DNA of 62,480 nucleotides, counting the filler, from Chiloscyllium plagiosum (taxonomy: Eukaryota), in assembly GCF_004010195.1 (NCBI RefSeq). It is 3 parts of one record of this genome, joined end to end, with 100 filler letters (N's around TTAATTAATTAA, not from the genome) between each part and the next. Parts side by side here need not be neighbours in the genome. Positions count along the whole stretch, not along the records: positions 1 to 18,375 come from NC_057713.1; positions 18,476 to 44,450 come from NC_057713.1; 1 more part is not named here. The stretch is one strand, 5' to 3'. Of the stretch, positions 13,051-26,224 are shown one piece after another (the first letter of the stretch is position 1; every line of letters begins with the position of its first letter). Made by a program: the position numbers and the translations under genes. Under the pieces are notes generated by a model. The model searched no databases. It saw only the letters and a program-made list of their open reading frames with translations, and was not told the DNA's origin.

Positions 13051-14280
13051 GTAGATCATGCAGATGAAATGGACAACAATCATCTGACATCATGAGAAGT
13101 TGCCCCATTGCCATTGGACAAAACAGTTCAACAAGAGACTGACATAGAGAAAATAACCTGACATTAGGAATATGATTTAACAATAAGTGCCCAGAGCAGA
13201 CAGGTGTGCTGAGACAGCAGGCCTTATTAAGATGTGGTGATGGTCTCATATTGTTGTTGCTGTATCATTAAACCAGTGATGCAATCTTCTGGGGACCTGG
13301 GTCAGAATCCTGTTATGGCAGATGGTGACATTTGAATTCAATAAAAATCTGGAATTAAGTGTCACATGATGACTATGAATCAATTGTTGAGGAAAATCTC
13401 CTCTAGTTCACTAATATCCTTTAAGGAAATGAGCCCTTTTGGCTAAAGGAATCATGGGTATAGGAGAAAGCAGAAATGGGATATTGAAATTGCATGATCA
13501 GCCATGCTCATATTGAATGGTGGAACAGGTTCAAAGACCTGACTTGCCTACTCCCATACCTATTTTCCATGAAATTGTTGTTCTTACCTTGTCTAGCCTC
13601 AGCAATGGGGATGGCTCTTAACAGGGCAATTCGGGATGAGAAATAAATGCTGCCTTAGCCAGAAATGCCCACATCCTGTTAATCAATAAAATAAGCACAC
13701 CTTGTAGGCAGTAGTCCTCATCAAGCAGATGGAAGATGGGCCAGAAGTGGAGATGCAAGACTCAGAGAAGGGATCCTGAACACCACCGAGAGAGTAGCAT
13801 GCTGTCCCACTAGCACTTTAATGAGTTGCTCACACATTCTGCCCTAAAGATCTGTCTGTCCTGTGGTATAAGTGAACTGTCCTCTATCACCAGGGCTTAT
13901 ACTTTCTTTACCTCATTTATTGACGTATCATGTCCAAACTGCTGCATCTGAACAATCTCAATAAACTACTTAGAGAATCACACACAAATCATTGACTGCT
14001 TATATTGGGTAACTGTGAGCAGGAAACACTTAAAATCAACGCCATGGCACCAAATTCAAGAAAACAGAGAAAATAAACTAGTATGAAAAGAAACACCATT
14101 CTCTCTAAAGCATTATGTTCCATGCCTAATAAGCTGCCATAAGATAATAAGAGAGATTCACACTGTGTCACAGTATGTTAAAGCTCCCTCCTAATGGAGT
14201 TGTTTGTTTCCACAATGTAGGACAAACCGTAAGAATTGAATTTGCAGGATGAAAGACACAGTCCCACCAATGTATGAAAT

Positions 14281-14427
14281 GATCTTGTGAGGTGACATTG
14301 AGACTTATTTCACTTTCATAATAAAAACAAACATATACATAGGAGCGATTTCAAGGCCGTAATCTAATCTAAAGGATTCATATGATACCAGTAAACCATT
14401 TTAGCTCCACCCTCATGGCTGATGACA
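14281..14427 (+). repeat. Probable source copy of the 12595-12724 duplication
   Basis: gatcttgtgaggtgacattgaga...ctccaccctcatggctgatgaca. Confidence 0.9.
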
Positions 14428-14830
14428 TGTTATAAACTTGAATTAAATTACCAGCCTGGAATTACTCCCAGTTGTCTACTTTTCTCCATATAAACTATCT
14501 GACTCCTTCAATTTTATTGCAGCCATGTAATCGCTCCCAGGTATCAACTATTCTCTCTACAAATGTTTGAACTCCTCAATTAGATTACAGCTGTGTAATC
14601 AATCCCACTTATCATTGTCTGCATAAGCTATTTGAATCCTTCAATTCAGTATCAACTGTATCTGAGTAGCAGCAATTTTGAGGCAGTAGATTGTGAGCTC
14701 ATACATTCCCTCTCCATATAAACCCCATCATTCTGCTCCTCAGGGTCAATGTGTCAAGGAGTGGCAGATGGAGTTTAATTTAAATAAATGATTTTGGAAA
14801 GGCAAATCAGGGCAGGATTTATAAACATAA

Positions 14831-15155
14831 TTAGATTACATTAGATTAGATTTCATTACAGTGTGGAAACAGGCCCTTCGGCCCAACAAGTCCACACCGA
14901 CCCGCCGAAGCGTAACCCACCCATACCCCTACATTTACCCCTTACCTAACACTACAGGCAATTTAGCATGGCCAATTCACCCGGCCTGCACATCTTTGGA
15001 TTGTGGGAGGAAACCGGAGCACCCGGAGGAAACCCACACAGACACGGGGAGAACGTGCAAACTCCACACAGTCAGTCGCCTGAGGCGGGAATTGAACCCG
15101 GGTCTCTGGCGCTGTGAGGCAGCAGTGCTAACCACTGTGCCACCATGCCGCCCAC
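14831..15155 (-). mobile_element. HE1-like tRNA-derived V-SINE, full length and young
   Basis: rc head GGGCGGCATGGTGGCACAGTGGTTAGCACTGCTGCCTCACAGCGCCAGAGACCCGGGTTCAATTCC (A and B boxes); V-domain TGTGTGGAGTTTGCACGTTCTCCCCGTG...GGTTTCCTCCGGGTGCTCCGGTTTCCTCCCAC; LINE-like 3' end; (TAATC)n tail. Confidence 0.93.
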
Positions 15156-15425
15156 TATGATAAGGTCTTGGGAGTGTTGTTGAACAAAGAGACCTTAGAG
15201 TAAAGGTTCATAGTTCCTTGAAAGTGGAGTCGCAGGTAGATAGGATAATGAAAAAGGCATTTGGTATGCTTGCCTTTATTGGTCAGTATAGGAGTTGGGA
15301 GGTCATATTGTGGCTGTAGAGGATATTGGTTAGACCACTATTGGAATACTGCATGCAATTCTGGTCTCCCTGCTATCAGAAAGATGTTGTGAAACTTGAA
15401 AGGATTCAGAAAAGATCTACAAGGA

Positions 15426-15502
15426 CATTTAGATTAGAGTTGTGCTGGAAAAGCACAGCAGGTCAGGCAGCATCCAAGGAGCAGGAAAATCGACATTTCA
15501 GG
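15426..15502 (-). mobile_element. Short PLE terminal fragment with 8-bp TSD
   Basis: gctggaaaagcacagcaggtcaggcagcatccaagg core; tacaagga duplicated at 15418-15425 and 15503-15510. Confidence 0.8.
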
Positions 15503-15889
15503 TACAAGGATGTTGCCAAGGTTGGAGTGTTTGGGCTATAAGGAGAAGCTGAATAGGCTGGGGCCGAAGGGTGATCTTACAGAGGTTTAGAAAATCATGA
15601 GGGGCAAGGATGGGGTAAAAGCGAAGGTCTTTTTCCCGGGGGTGCAGAAGTCCAAAACTAGAGGGCATAGATTTAAGGTGAGAGGGTTAAGATTTAAAAG
15701 TGAACGAAGGGGAAACCTTTTCACGCAGAGGATGATGTGTGTATGGAATGAGTTGCCAGAGGAAGTGGTGGAGGCTGGTACAATGACAATATTTAAAATG
15801 TATATGAATAGGAAGGGTATACAGGGACATGGGCCAAATGCTGAAAAATGGGATTAAATCTATTCAGGATAGCTGGTCAGCAGGGATCT

Positions 15890-15912
15890 CTCACACACAC
15901 ACACACACACAC
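15890..15912. repeat. (CA)n microsatellite
   Basis: Direct reading. Confidence 0.9.
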
Positions 15913-17544
15913 CTGATTTATCATCTTTGGGTTGGAGTTTTCACATAGCACTTCGGCATCCACTCCAGCCCTGATCTTATCATCTTGGGTGGGGACACTG
16001 GAAGGATTCAACAAAGGACATAAAGTGGTCAAAAAGACCTAAATGTGTAATGTACAAACATCTTCAATCTAACAATGTTTCCAAAATGTTCAATGAAACG
16101 ATATCAATTGTTGAAACAAATAGGCCTTTATTTCTTCGGTAATGATTAAACTACGATTACCGATGGCTTTAAATGAGGTGTGGGGCTTCCTGTTGGTACA
16201 TGGCCAGTGAAGTGGGCTGCACCTGCCTTCCTTCTGTCATAGTCCCAGGCCACAGGATTTTCATCTTAGTTACATTTTCAATGCTTCCTGCCCCATCTGT
16301 CATTCCACTGTAACCATTTATACCTTTTCTAGATTTGTCTTTGCATTTGAGGTTTATCCACATGACTAGCCCCCTTTGCTCACACCATCATCTCTTTGGT
16401 TAATTTATCACCCTAACACAGGCAATTACTGTTTGTCCTTTCACAGGTCTCCTACATTTGCTTTAAAGCTGTGCATCTTCAATATTTTTTGGTTTTGATG
16501 AATTAGGAGATCTCAAAGTGCTTTGTGTAATGAGTTCTTGGGAAATGCAATAGCCCAGCATCAAATATTAAGTAGGTATAAAAGGTAACATTCATAAGTA
16601 AATTTAGAAATGCGACTAATAGGTGTCAAGTGTATGAACATTAAAAAGGAAGGATAAGATAAAATAGGATAGGATAATGGTAGAGCCTTTATGGTAATTG
16701 TCAAGATGATGATAACATTTATATTTGGCAACTGGGTAGAGAGTTTCAGTGTCGTCAGAAAAACGATGAAGCCTTTGGGATGAAAAAGCTCCATGGAGAC
16801 ACATTGTGAAGTAAGTACTAAGATAAGTTTGCCAGAAATAACTCCAACATACTTTATGAGATCTTTCTATTTTGCATGATCACTACCACAAGTAGAAATG
16901 TCATGTCTTCTGATTCCCATAAGTCAGAAATAATCAGACTTTATCAAATCCACACTGTTGGAGCTTTATCAAATATATTTCTTGCATCTCTTCATATAGC
17001 TAGTGGTCTCATAGACTAATACATTGGCTCAGATATCTCCTTCAAAATTACCCATTTACCTGTTGACTCTTAAGGTCTGTTCCATTAGAGATAGTCAGGC
17101 TCTGAAAGGCAATTTGATAGTGACAGAGGAAAGGTGAGTGAGGGAGTAGGGGAAGGTGGGTAGGCCAGGAAATTGTGTGACAGAAAGATACAATGCAAGG
17201 GAGGTGAGGAGGGTAGGATGCCAAGTGGGTGTGATTGATTGGATGCCTGGTAAGTGGATGAGTCCTTAGACTGGATCGGGTTTGGAGTTGGGTGTGTTAG
17301 TTCTTGGTGGTCAGGCTGGGCTATGGGGTACTGGTCCAGCAGGATAGGGTCAATGTCCAGTATGGGGTCAAGTGTTGCCAAGGGTTGGGGGCTTGTAGTT
17401 GGGCATTCAGTGGTGAGTCAGGTGTCCAGTTTAATCATTTCCCAGGAAATTTTATAATCCTCTAAACTTAACAGCATATTCTGCATCGGTGAGCCAGAAC
17501 TGGCTGAATACCCAAACATTAATGAACTTTTTCAAAAGGTTCCA

Positions 17545-18375
17545 GAAATGAGCTAGTGAGGGCAGGAATAGGAGTAGAGAGAAGATGAATGCATGGCTGA
17601 GGAGCTGGTGTATGGGAGAAGGATTCACATTTTTGGATCATTGGAATCTCTTTTGGGGTAGAAGTGACCTGTACAAGAAGGACAGATTGCACCTAAATTG
17701 GAAGGGGACTAATATACTGTCAGGGAAATTTGCTAGAGCTGCTCGGGTGGATTTAAACGAGTAAGATTGGGGAGGGGTGGGGGTAGGACCCAGGGAGATA
17801 GTGAGGAAAGAGATCAATCTGAGACTGGTACAGTTGAGAACAGAAGCGAGTCAAACAGTCAGGACAGGCAGGGACAAGGAAGGACAAATAAATTAAACTA
17901 CATTTATTTCAATGCAAGGGGCCTAACAGGGAAGGCAGATGAACTCATGACATAGTTAGGAACATGGGACTGGGATATCATAGCAATTTCAGAGACATGG
18001 CTCAGGGATGGGCAGGACTGGCAGCTTAATGTTCCAGGATACAAATGCTACAGGAAGGATAGAAAGGGAGGCAAGAGAGGAGGGGGAGTGGCAATTTTGA
18101 TAAGAGGTAGCATTACAGCTGTGCTGAGGGAGGGTATTCCCAGAAATACATCCAGGGAAGTTATTTGGGTGGAACTGAGAAATAAGAAAGGGATGATCAC
18201 CTCATTGGGATTGTATTATAGACCCCCTAATAGTCAGAGGGAAATTGAGAAACAAACTTGTAAGGAGACCTCCGCTATCTGTAAGAATAATAGGGTGGTT
18301 ATGGTAGGGGATTTTAACTTTCCAAACATCAACTGGGACTGCCATAGTGTTAAAGGTTTAGATGGAGAGGAATTT
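17545..18375 (+). mobile_element. CR1 LINE: ORF1 esterase end plus ORF2 APE endonuclease, running into a gap
   Basis: FLDHWNLFWGRSDLYKKDRLHLN; LNYIYFNARGL; IIAISETW; LYYRPP; MVGDFNFPNINW. Confidence 0.93.
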
Positions 18376-18475
18376 NNNNNNNNNNNNNNNNNNNNNNNNN
18401 NNNNNNNNNNNNNNNNNNNTTAATTAATTAANNNNNNNNNNNNNNNNNNNNNNNNNNNNNNNNNNNNNNNNNNNN
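18376..18475. other. Synthetic scaffolding spacer: 44 N + TTAATTAATTAA + 44 N
   Basis: Exactly 100 bp with a six-frame stop linker; identical spacer at 44451-44550. Confidence 0.97.
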
Positions 18476-18720
18476 CACTCCGGCCTATCACCCTCACCTT
18501 GACCTCCCTCCACCTATCGCATTTCCAAAGCCCCTCCCCCAAGTCCCTCCTCCCTACCTTTTATCTTAGCCTGCTGGACACACTTTTCTCATTCCTGAAG
18601 AAGGGCTCATGCCCAAAACGTCGATTCTCCTGCTCCTTGGATGCTGCCTGACCTGCTGCGCTTTTCCAACAACACACTTTCAGCTCTGATCTCCAGCATC
18701 TGCAGTCCTCACTTTCTCCA
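18476..18720 (+). mobile_element. PLE 3' end with hammerhead-like motif
   Basis: cattcctgaagaagggctcatgcccaaaacgtcgattc...ctccagcatctgcagtcctcactttctcc. Confidence 0.85.
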
Positions 18721-21553
18721 TGGAAAAATCTTCCCAATATTCAGTCTACTAGCCCATTAGAATTCTATAAATTACAATCCTGTCCTTTCGCAACCTTCTA
18801 AAGGTGAATTAATACAGGCCCAGTTGAATCACCCTCTCTTCATAAGACAGCCCTACCATCCTCAGTACCTTCAGGAGAAAATGTCTGGAAAATGCTGAAA
18901 GTTGTCTTCCTGGGAGCCTAAATAGAAGACATGAGGACAAGGAGGGAAACAGAAATTTGCCAAGCTTGGAATGCTTGCTTTTCTACATTAAAGTTGTTAA
19001 TATGTATCATGGCTAAGTTCAACTAAATTGAATGCTTCTCATATACTGGACCATATGAGAGTTAGAGGCAGAGTCTGCCTGCAGCATCAGTCACTTGCCT
19101 ATCTGTGAACATCAATCTGGAATAGCTCTAATAGCGAGGGACTAATGATAAAACTATTTGGAAGACATTTGAAAATACTAGCACCCAACTTGTAGATATG
19201 AGAAGAAGCCCAAATGACAGGGTTCAAAAGATACTAGCACTGTTAAACATTGTGGTCAAACCTTTTAAAGTGTTCATAGCAAAGTGAACAGGAATTTTTA
19301 AAAACAATTTAGGCTGAAATTGCAATTGGGTTTACTACACCGCAGATGCTAATAAAACTGGATCTTGCTGTCTCACTGCGTATCTGCATCATGTCTCTCA
19401 GACTTGAAAGTGTCAATTCAGGTGATATTTTGGATTACTCTAAATTAAATGGACAAATGTATCAGAGTACAATTCAGGAAGTTCAATGAGGCTTTGCAGA
19501 GTTCTTGGTGAACTTTGGACAGACATTGTCTTTCAAGAAAGTTAGTGGGTTTTGAGAACTAAAATAACATGTAAATTCACTAAACTCAATGAACAATAGT
19601 AAGGCTGAATCTAGGGTGACTACTGTTTAATCAAGAGGCTTGCAATACTCAGAGATAGTTGATGTGATACAATGTGATTGGAAAGATTGTGTCTCCGTGA
19701 TCTGAAACATGGAACACAGGATTTGTGTAATTTCTTATTCAAAACCAATGCTATAAATGGATAATAGCTGCACTGATAATAGCTAGACTTCAATATAAAT
19801 GAAAAGTATATCTCTGATTAGAATGTTTCACGATAACATTGAGATCCTTTTTCAATAGAAACATATTAAATTAAATCAATTGTTACAATAACAATATGTT
19901 TGATGATGAATATCATAACAAAGAGAACAATGTATTTTTTCATCACGTTAACAAAGATAGTTGTCACGGTTTCTTTCTATTAGGTTAAGTGAATAATTAT
20001 TGTATATTTTTCTCTCTGCAAATGTCAAAGCATACATGCTTTTTTTAGGATAAGTCTGGCATTATTACGATATGAAAATAATTTTGGTGTTTTTCATAAA
20101 GTGCATACTTCAAAAAGACTATTAGAAGATACTGCAGACTGACTAGGAAGTGGGAGTAATGAAGTGTGATTGACAATGTAGCTGAAGGGGTCAATTTCAA
20201 AGAAATTGTTTAAAGTGGAGACGGAGGGGTCAAGGGAAGAAAGGTTTTAGGACAACTCCAATATGTCAAGACATTCTTCCATTGTAAATTGGAAACAACA
20301 ACTTATGTTCATACATTACCTTTCACGTTATGAAACATCTCAAAACCCTTTAATACAATGTTATGAAACAAACGATAAAAATGCTGTTCATTTATCTTCC
20401 AAATGATCCCTCAACAATCCATAAATCCCTGGATGATATGGCTTATTCTGATCATTTCACCACACAGACCAACAAATTTGATGTTGCAATTTTTCTCAAG
20501 ATCTAAACAAGAACTTGAATTTCTATTGCACCTTTCAAAAACCCAGTGTATTCCTGCTGCTTTAGAACCAACTTCCAAAGAGCAAAGGCCTACAAATAGC
20601 AATGTGATGTTGACCAGATCATCTGTTTTATTGGTATTGGAGTAGACACAGAGGAAGGAATGTATGTGTTGAGACATGGGGTTCGAATAGTTTTCTGAGG
20701 TGATATGGAGCAACACGATAGAAGGACTTGAAAAGGAGGATCAGGATTTTCAAAGGAAACATCCCAGACAAACATTTTGGACAGAAGGGATGAGAACAAA
20801 AGTTGCAACAAAATAAAAAGAGAATTAGACTATGAAATCAATCTGTCACAGGTATTAAAAACAATTCATAACTTGGAATGTGCCATATGTAAGTCTGGTA
20901 GAAGTAAATTGAATACTCATGTCCATGAGGCAATTGCATACATGCCTGAAAATAAGACAGAAAACAAAACAAAAAATTATGGGACTGTAGGTAAGACGTG
21001 GAGTGTGGAACAAATTTGATGTCTCTTTCAGAGAGCCAGCTCAGGAATGATGGACCAAATGGCTCACTCTATGATATTTGACTCGAAAAGACTATCACTG
21101 GCAATCACAATTAAGAGTCCAAGAACGTGTGTAGCCTACCCAATGCCACCCAATACCCATTTCCGAAAGAATCAAACTCAGAAAGGGAGGTAAAGAAAGC
21201 AAATGTTGAGATCTATTTTGGAACAAAGAATATAGAAAAGGAAGAAACTCTACTGCACAAGGGAGTAATCACAGAATAAGCATAAGTCCTATTGATTGCA
21301 ACCTGGGCTAATTGGTACAGATATATCAAATCAGCATATTAAAAACATATTAGTTTCAGCAACCGAATGTTAAAAGGTTGTGAGAAATATACTATTAGCG
21401 AATGTGGGACATAATTTGAACAATTGTCCAAAAGATTTATATTCAAAATTCAAATTATGTACTTATTAAAAGGTAGAACACAAATTCATTTTCAAAGGCA
21501 TGTTATAGTTCTAATTATGAACATGGGTATGAAACAATCGCTATTCTACAGAC

Positions 21554-23631
21554 TTCCCACCTTTTCCTTTGTTACATTGATAACCGTATCGGCGTCACCT
21601 CATGCTCCCATGAGGAGGTTGAACAGCTCATCAACTTCACCAACACATTCCACTCCAACCTTAAATTCACCTGGACCATCTCAGACACCTCCCTACCCTT
21701 CCTGGATCTCTCCATCTCCATCAATGGTGAACGACTCAACACAGACATCTTCTACAACCCACGACTTCTGTTTGTCATTTTTATAAATAACCTGGAGGAG
21801 GGGCTAGAAAGTTGGGTAAGCAAGTTTGCAGATGATACGAAAGTCAGAGGAGTTGTTGACAGTGAGGAAGGATGTGGCAGGTTACAGCGGGATATAGATA
21901 AGCTGCAGAACTGGGCAGAAAGGTGGCAAATGGAGTTCAATGTAGCTAAGTGTGAGGTGATTCACTTTGATAAGAGTAANNNNNNNNNNNNNNNNNNNNN
22001 NNNNNNNNNNNNNNNNNNNNNNNNNNNNNNNNNNNNNNNNNNNNNNNNNNNNNNNNNNNNNNNNNNNNNNNNNNNNNNNNNNNNNNNNNNNNNNNNNNNN
22101 NNNNNNNNNNNNNNNNNNNNNNNNNNNNNNNNNNCAAGATGATTAGGGGTTTAGCTAGGGTTGACCATGAGAACCTTTTTCCATGTATGGAGTCAGCTAT
22201 TACAAGGGGTCATAGCTTTAAATTAAGGGGTGGTAGGTATAGGATAGATGTTAGGGGTAGGTTCTTTACTCAGTGAGTCGTGAGTTCATGGAATGCCCTG
22301 CCAGTAGCAGTGGTGGACTCTCCCTCTTTATGGGCATTTAAGCGGGCATTGGATAGGCATATGGAGGATAGTGGGCTAGTGTAGGTTAGGTGGGCTTGGA
22401 TCGGCGCAACATCGAGGGCCAAAGGGCCTGTACTGCGCTGTATTCTTCTATGTTCTATGACTTCCACAGCTACCTGGACCATACCTCTTCCCTGCCTCCT
22501 GTAAAAACTCTATCCCTTACTCTCAATTCCTCCATCTCCACTGCATCTTCTCCCAGGAGCACCAGTTCCACTACAGAACATACCAGATGGCCTCCTTGTT
22601 CAAAGACCACAATTTCCCCTCCCACGTGGTTGATGATACCCTCCAACACATCTCATCCACTTCCCACACCTCTGCCCTCGAACCTCACCCCTCCAACCGC
22701 AACAAGGACAGAATCACCAATCCTCACCTTCTGCACCACCCACCTCCATATACATCCCGTCATCCCTCATTTCCGACACCTACAAACAGACCCCACCACC
22801 AGAGATATATTTCTCTCCAGACTCCTATCCGCTTTCCATCAAGACTATTCCCTCTGAAACTCCTTTGTCAGGTCCACACTCCCCACCAACCCATCTTCCC
22901 CTGTAACCGCAGGAATTGCAAAACCTGCACCCTCACCTCTGTCCAAGGTCCCAAAGGAGCCTTCCATATCCATCAGAGTTTTACCTGCACTTCCACACGT
23001 TATTTAATGTATCCGTTGCTCCTCTATATTGGGGAGACCGGACACCTACTCGCAGAGCGTTCAGAGAACATATTTGAGACATCCGCACCAATCAACCCCC
23101 CTGCCCCATGGCTGAACATTTCAACACCCCCTCCCACTCCGCCAAGGACATGCAGATCCTGGGCCTCCTCCATTGCCACACCATACCAACCTGATGCCTG
23201 GAGGAAGAATGCCTCATCTTCCTACTCAGGGCCCTCCTACCACACGGCATCAATGTGGGTTTCACCAGTTTCCTCACTTCCCCTCCCCCCATCTTATCCC
23301 AGATCCAACATTCCAATTGGGCATCGCCCTCATGACCCGTCCTACCTGTCCATCTCCCTTCTCACTGATCCACTTCACCCTGCTCTCTGACCTATCATCA
23401 TTACCCCAACCTTCTTCTACCAATCACACTCTCAGTTACCTTTCCCCCAGCCCCACCCCCTCCCATTTATCGTTCCATACCCCTCGGCTCACAAACTTCA
23501 TTGCTGATGAAGGGCTGTTGCTTGAAACATCGATTCTCCTGCTCCTCGGATGCTGCCTGACCTGCTGTGCTTTTCCAGTACCACACTCTCGATTCTGATC
23601 TCCAACATCTGCAGTTCTTACTTTCTCCCAG
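21554..23631 (+). mobile_element. Penelope-like retroelement (RT C-terminal half, GIY-YIG endonuclease, 3' terminus), 5'-truncated, 10-bp TSD
   Basis: FLCYIDN (decayed YIDD), LKFT, LPFLD; CNRRNCKTC, FTCTS, LYIGETG in ORF 22587..23390; terminal motif at ~23503-23535; ttctacagac at 21544-21553 and 23632-23641. Confidence 0.92.
21769..22458 (+). mobile_element. CR1 3' fragment nested in the PLE (contains N gap 21980-22134)
   Basis: SKFADDTK and WQMEFN motifs; (ttctatg)n tail; gacttc duplicated at 21763-21768 and 22459-22464; the PLE frame PT|D.HSYLD resumes after it. Confidence 0.9.
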
Positions 23632-24514
23632 TTCTACAGACCTGCCGACAAGCCGAGTGAAATAGAGTAGACATTAAAGAGACCCAGTTACAAGGTGAAT
23701 GCATTAAGATCTAAACATTTCAGGTATCAGAATCTTAATAAAATGACTGAGCAATTTGTTAAATGTTGTTATTTGTAAAACGTGATTGAGGTTTTAGATA
23801 ACAAGCATAAGGACAACAAACTATATGGTAATTTCCTTAAGAATTCTCTTATTAAAGGAGAACTGGGATCTATCTCAAGACTTGGTTGATAATAAAACAA
23901 AATATTACATAAAAGCAATGATATGGCTTCACTAAATTTGAAATCAGATCCTTCTCAATAACAGAAGTAGCAATTTAACATAACAATGTGCTCTGCAAAT
24001 CAAGCTTTGCACCCATGTTAGCACACAAAACGCTGATATCAAGTATTGAGACTAATTAAGCATGTGACTATCGATATAAAATGTGATTGATTTGAGTCAT
24101 ACTGCAACAGATTTCAGAAAACTTATTGTTTGCCGTGAGGCTCCAATGTTAGGCCAGGGAAGGAGGATGTGAAGCCATGAGAGTGAAAAGGTGTGGGAAT
24201 TCAGGATTTCATTCAAAGGATGCAGAAATCAGGTATGCAGAAAATTGAAGCCTGGCATACAAGTGCCAAGTTACAATAACAGAAAGTGTTGGAAATATTC
24301 CACTGCACAGGCAACATCTGTGGAGAGAGAAAATACTTCAGACTCATTGTTTTTAGTCATTCCATAAACAAGTGGGATGGAGTCAGATGAGGTGCAAAAA
24401 AAAGTAAAAATTCACCCCAATCACTTTGAGTTTATTGGAGGCGAGATAATTGCCTTGAGTCTCAGAAGGCAAGTACACCTTTTAGATACGCCTCATATTT
24501 AACCTGTTTTCAGG

Positions 24515-25255
24515 TTTCAGATCTGGCACAAGAGTGCAAAGAGAACAATGGTTAAACCACGGCTTACAAGGGAAGTCAGAAACAGTATTAGATTCAAAAC
24601 AAGACGATACAGATTGGCAAGAGGAAACAGACATGAAAATTGGGAACAGTTCAGCAATCTGCAAAGTGGACCAAGACTAAAACTACAGTAGGAAAGTAAA
24701 CTTGTGAAGAAGTAGCTGCAAAAGCTTCCATAGGCATCTAAAGAGAAAAAAAAGATTGGTGAAAACAATTCAGAAACAGGACAGTTTATAATGGGAAACA
24801 AAGAAATAGCTGATGAACTTAAATTCATAATTTGCCTCTGCCTTCACCAAGGAGGACATGGATGAAATACCAGAAATGATGGTACACAAAGGTTTCTGAA
24901 ATGGAGAAGCTGGAGCAAATCTGCATTAGTAGAAAAATGGTGTAGGAGAAATTAATGGGATTGAAGGCTGCTAAATCCCCAGAGTACTCGAGGAAGTGGC
25001 TGTAGAAATAGTGGATTCATTGATGGTCATCTTTGAAGATTCTTTACACTCTGGAACAGTTCCTATAGATTGGCGGGTAGCTCATGGAATCCCGTTATTT
25101 AAAAGGGAGGTAGAGATAGAATAGGGAATTTGACAGTGAGTTTGACATCAGTAGTGAGGAAGATGAATATGATCAAGGATTTTATAGCAAAGCACTTTGC
25201 AAATAGTGGCAGAATCAAACATAGTCAATACTGATTAACAAAAGGGAAATGAGGA
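24515..25255 (+). mobile_element. Old CR1 ORF2 internal fragment
   Basis: MGLKAAKSP, GTVPIDWRVA, PLFK and SLTSVV-like motifs of the CR1 RT N-terminus. Confidence 0.75.
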
Positions 25256-25618
25256 TTGACAGCCAAGGAGGTGAATGGTCTGCTCCTGCTCATATCTTCT
25301 ACATTAACTCTGGCTGTCTGAATGTTTCAGGCCTCAGGAAAACCTGTCACGTAAATGAAAGTGTGATCATTGGTTTAGTGTGGATGTAAGCAAGTGCTTT
25401 TTCTCATGCTGTCAGTGAGCCAAGAGAAGCATCTCATTGCCTTTTCTCCCTCTGATACCAATGTTTCTTGCACCCAAGGTTACTTTGTCCCTACCATTGG
25501 AAACCTCTATCCACCATGACAGGTTTACCTGACTGAAGATCAGTCTATCCCCCTTACATCTTGTACAAGCCACCTCGACTCTATTGGAATCACCATTGTC
25601 TCTGTAACGATATTGACT

Positions 25619-25712
25619 CCACAACCACCTGATGAAGGAGCGTCACTCCGAAAGCTAGTCTGCTACCAATCAAACCTGTTGGACTATAACCTGGTGTTGT
25701 GTGATTTTTAAT
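25619..25712 (+). mobile_element. PLE terminal fragment, family 2, 10-bp TSD
   Basis: ccacctgatgaaggagcgtcactccgaaagctagt; gatattgact at 25609-25618 and 25713-25722. Confidence 0.85.
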
Positions 25713-26224
25713 GATATTGACTAATTTGCTGATCAATTCCTTAAATACATTGTTTTATTTCAGATTCCAAGTAGCTTCTAGATTTTGTATTTGTACCAAG
25801 TTACAATGCTCATCTTACATGGTAGGTATGTACTAAAAATCCACAGCTTGGTCTAACCATGTGCCATTCTGAATAAGTTAACTCAAACTTAAAGCTGACA
25901 TAAGGTGGAAAATATGGCCTTGACAAGATGGCAGAAAAGAAAGAGGATCCTTTTCACGGAGATGAATACAAACAACATTACAGTACAATTACAGTCACAA
26001 ATGCTCGAAAAAGTATACTATAATGGGGCTAAAACAAAATACAAATTCTTCCGATACTGTAATGAAAAGCAGATAGTCAACAGAGGTGAAAACCATAAAG
26101 ATGCAGTACTTTCAAAACCAACGATGAGCTAAACATTTTGAATGTTTCCTGCTGATAAATATTTATGAAAGAGGGATGTGCACAACCTTGTTCTTCTGAG
26201 ACGAAATCAATCAATCTCTCTAAT

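Larger units (their letters stand above)
14742..15880 (+). mobile_element. CR1 LINE 3' fragment hosting a SINE and a PLE insert
   Basis: WQMEFN at ~14763; VRPLLEYCMQFWSP (ORF 15326); KTRGHRFKVRG...FTQRMMCVWNELP (ORF 15597). Confidence 0.9.

Noticed and set aside
18420..18431. TTAATTAATTAA palindrome inside N runs (also 44495-44506)
   Set aside because: Artificial six-frame stop linker in a fixed 100-bp scaffolding spacer; not biological
22587..23390. 267-aa ORF as a functional nuclease gene
   Set aside because: Frameshifted composite within a truncated Penelope element
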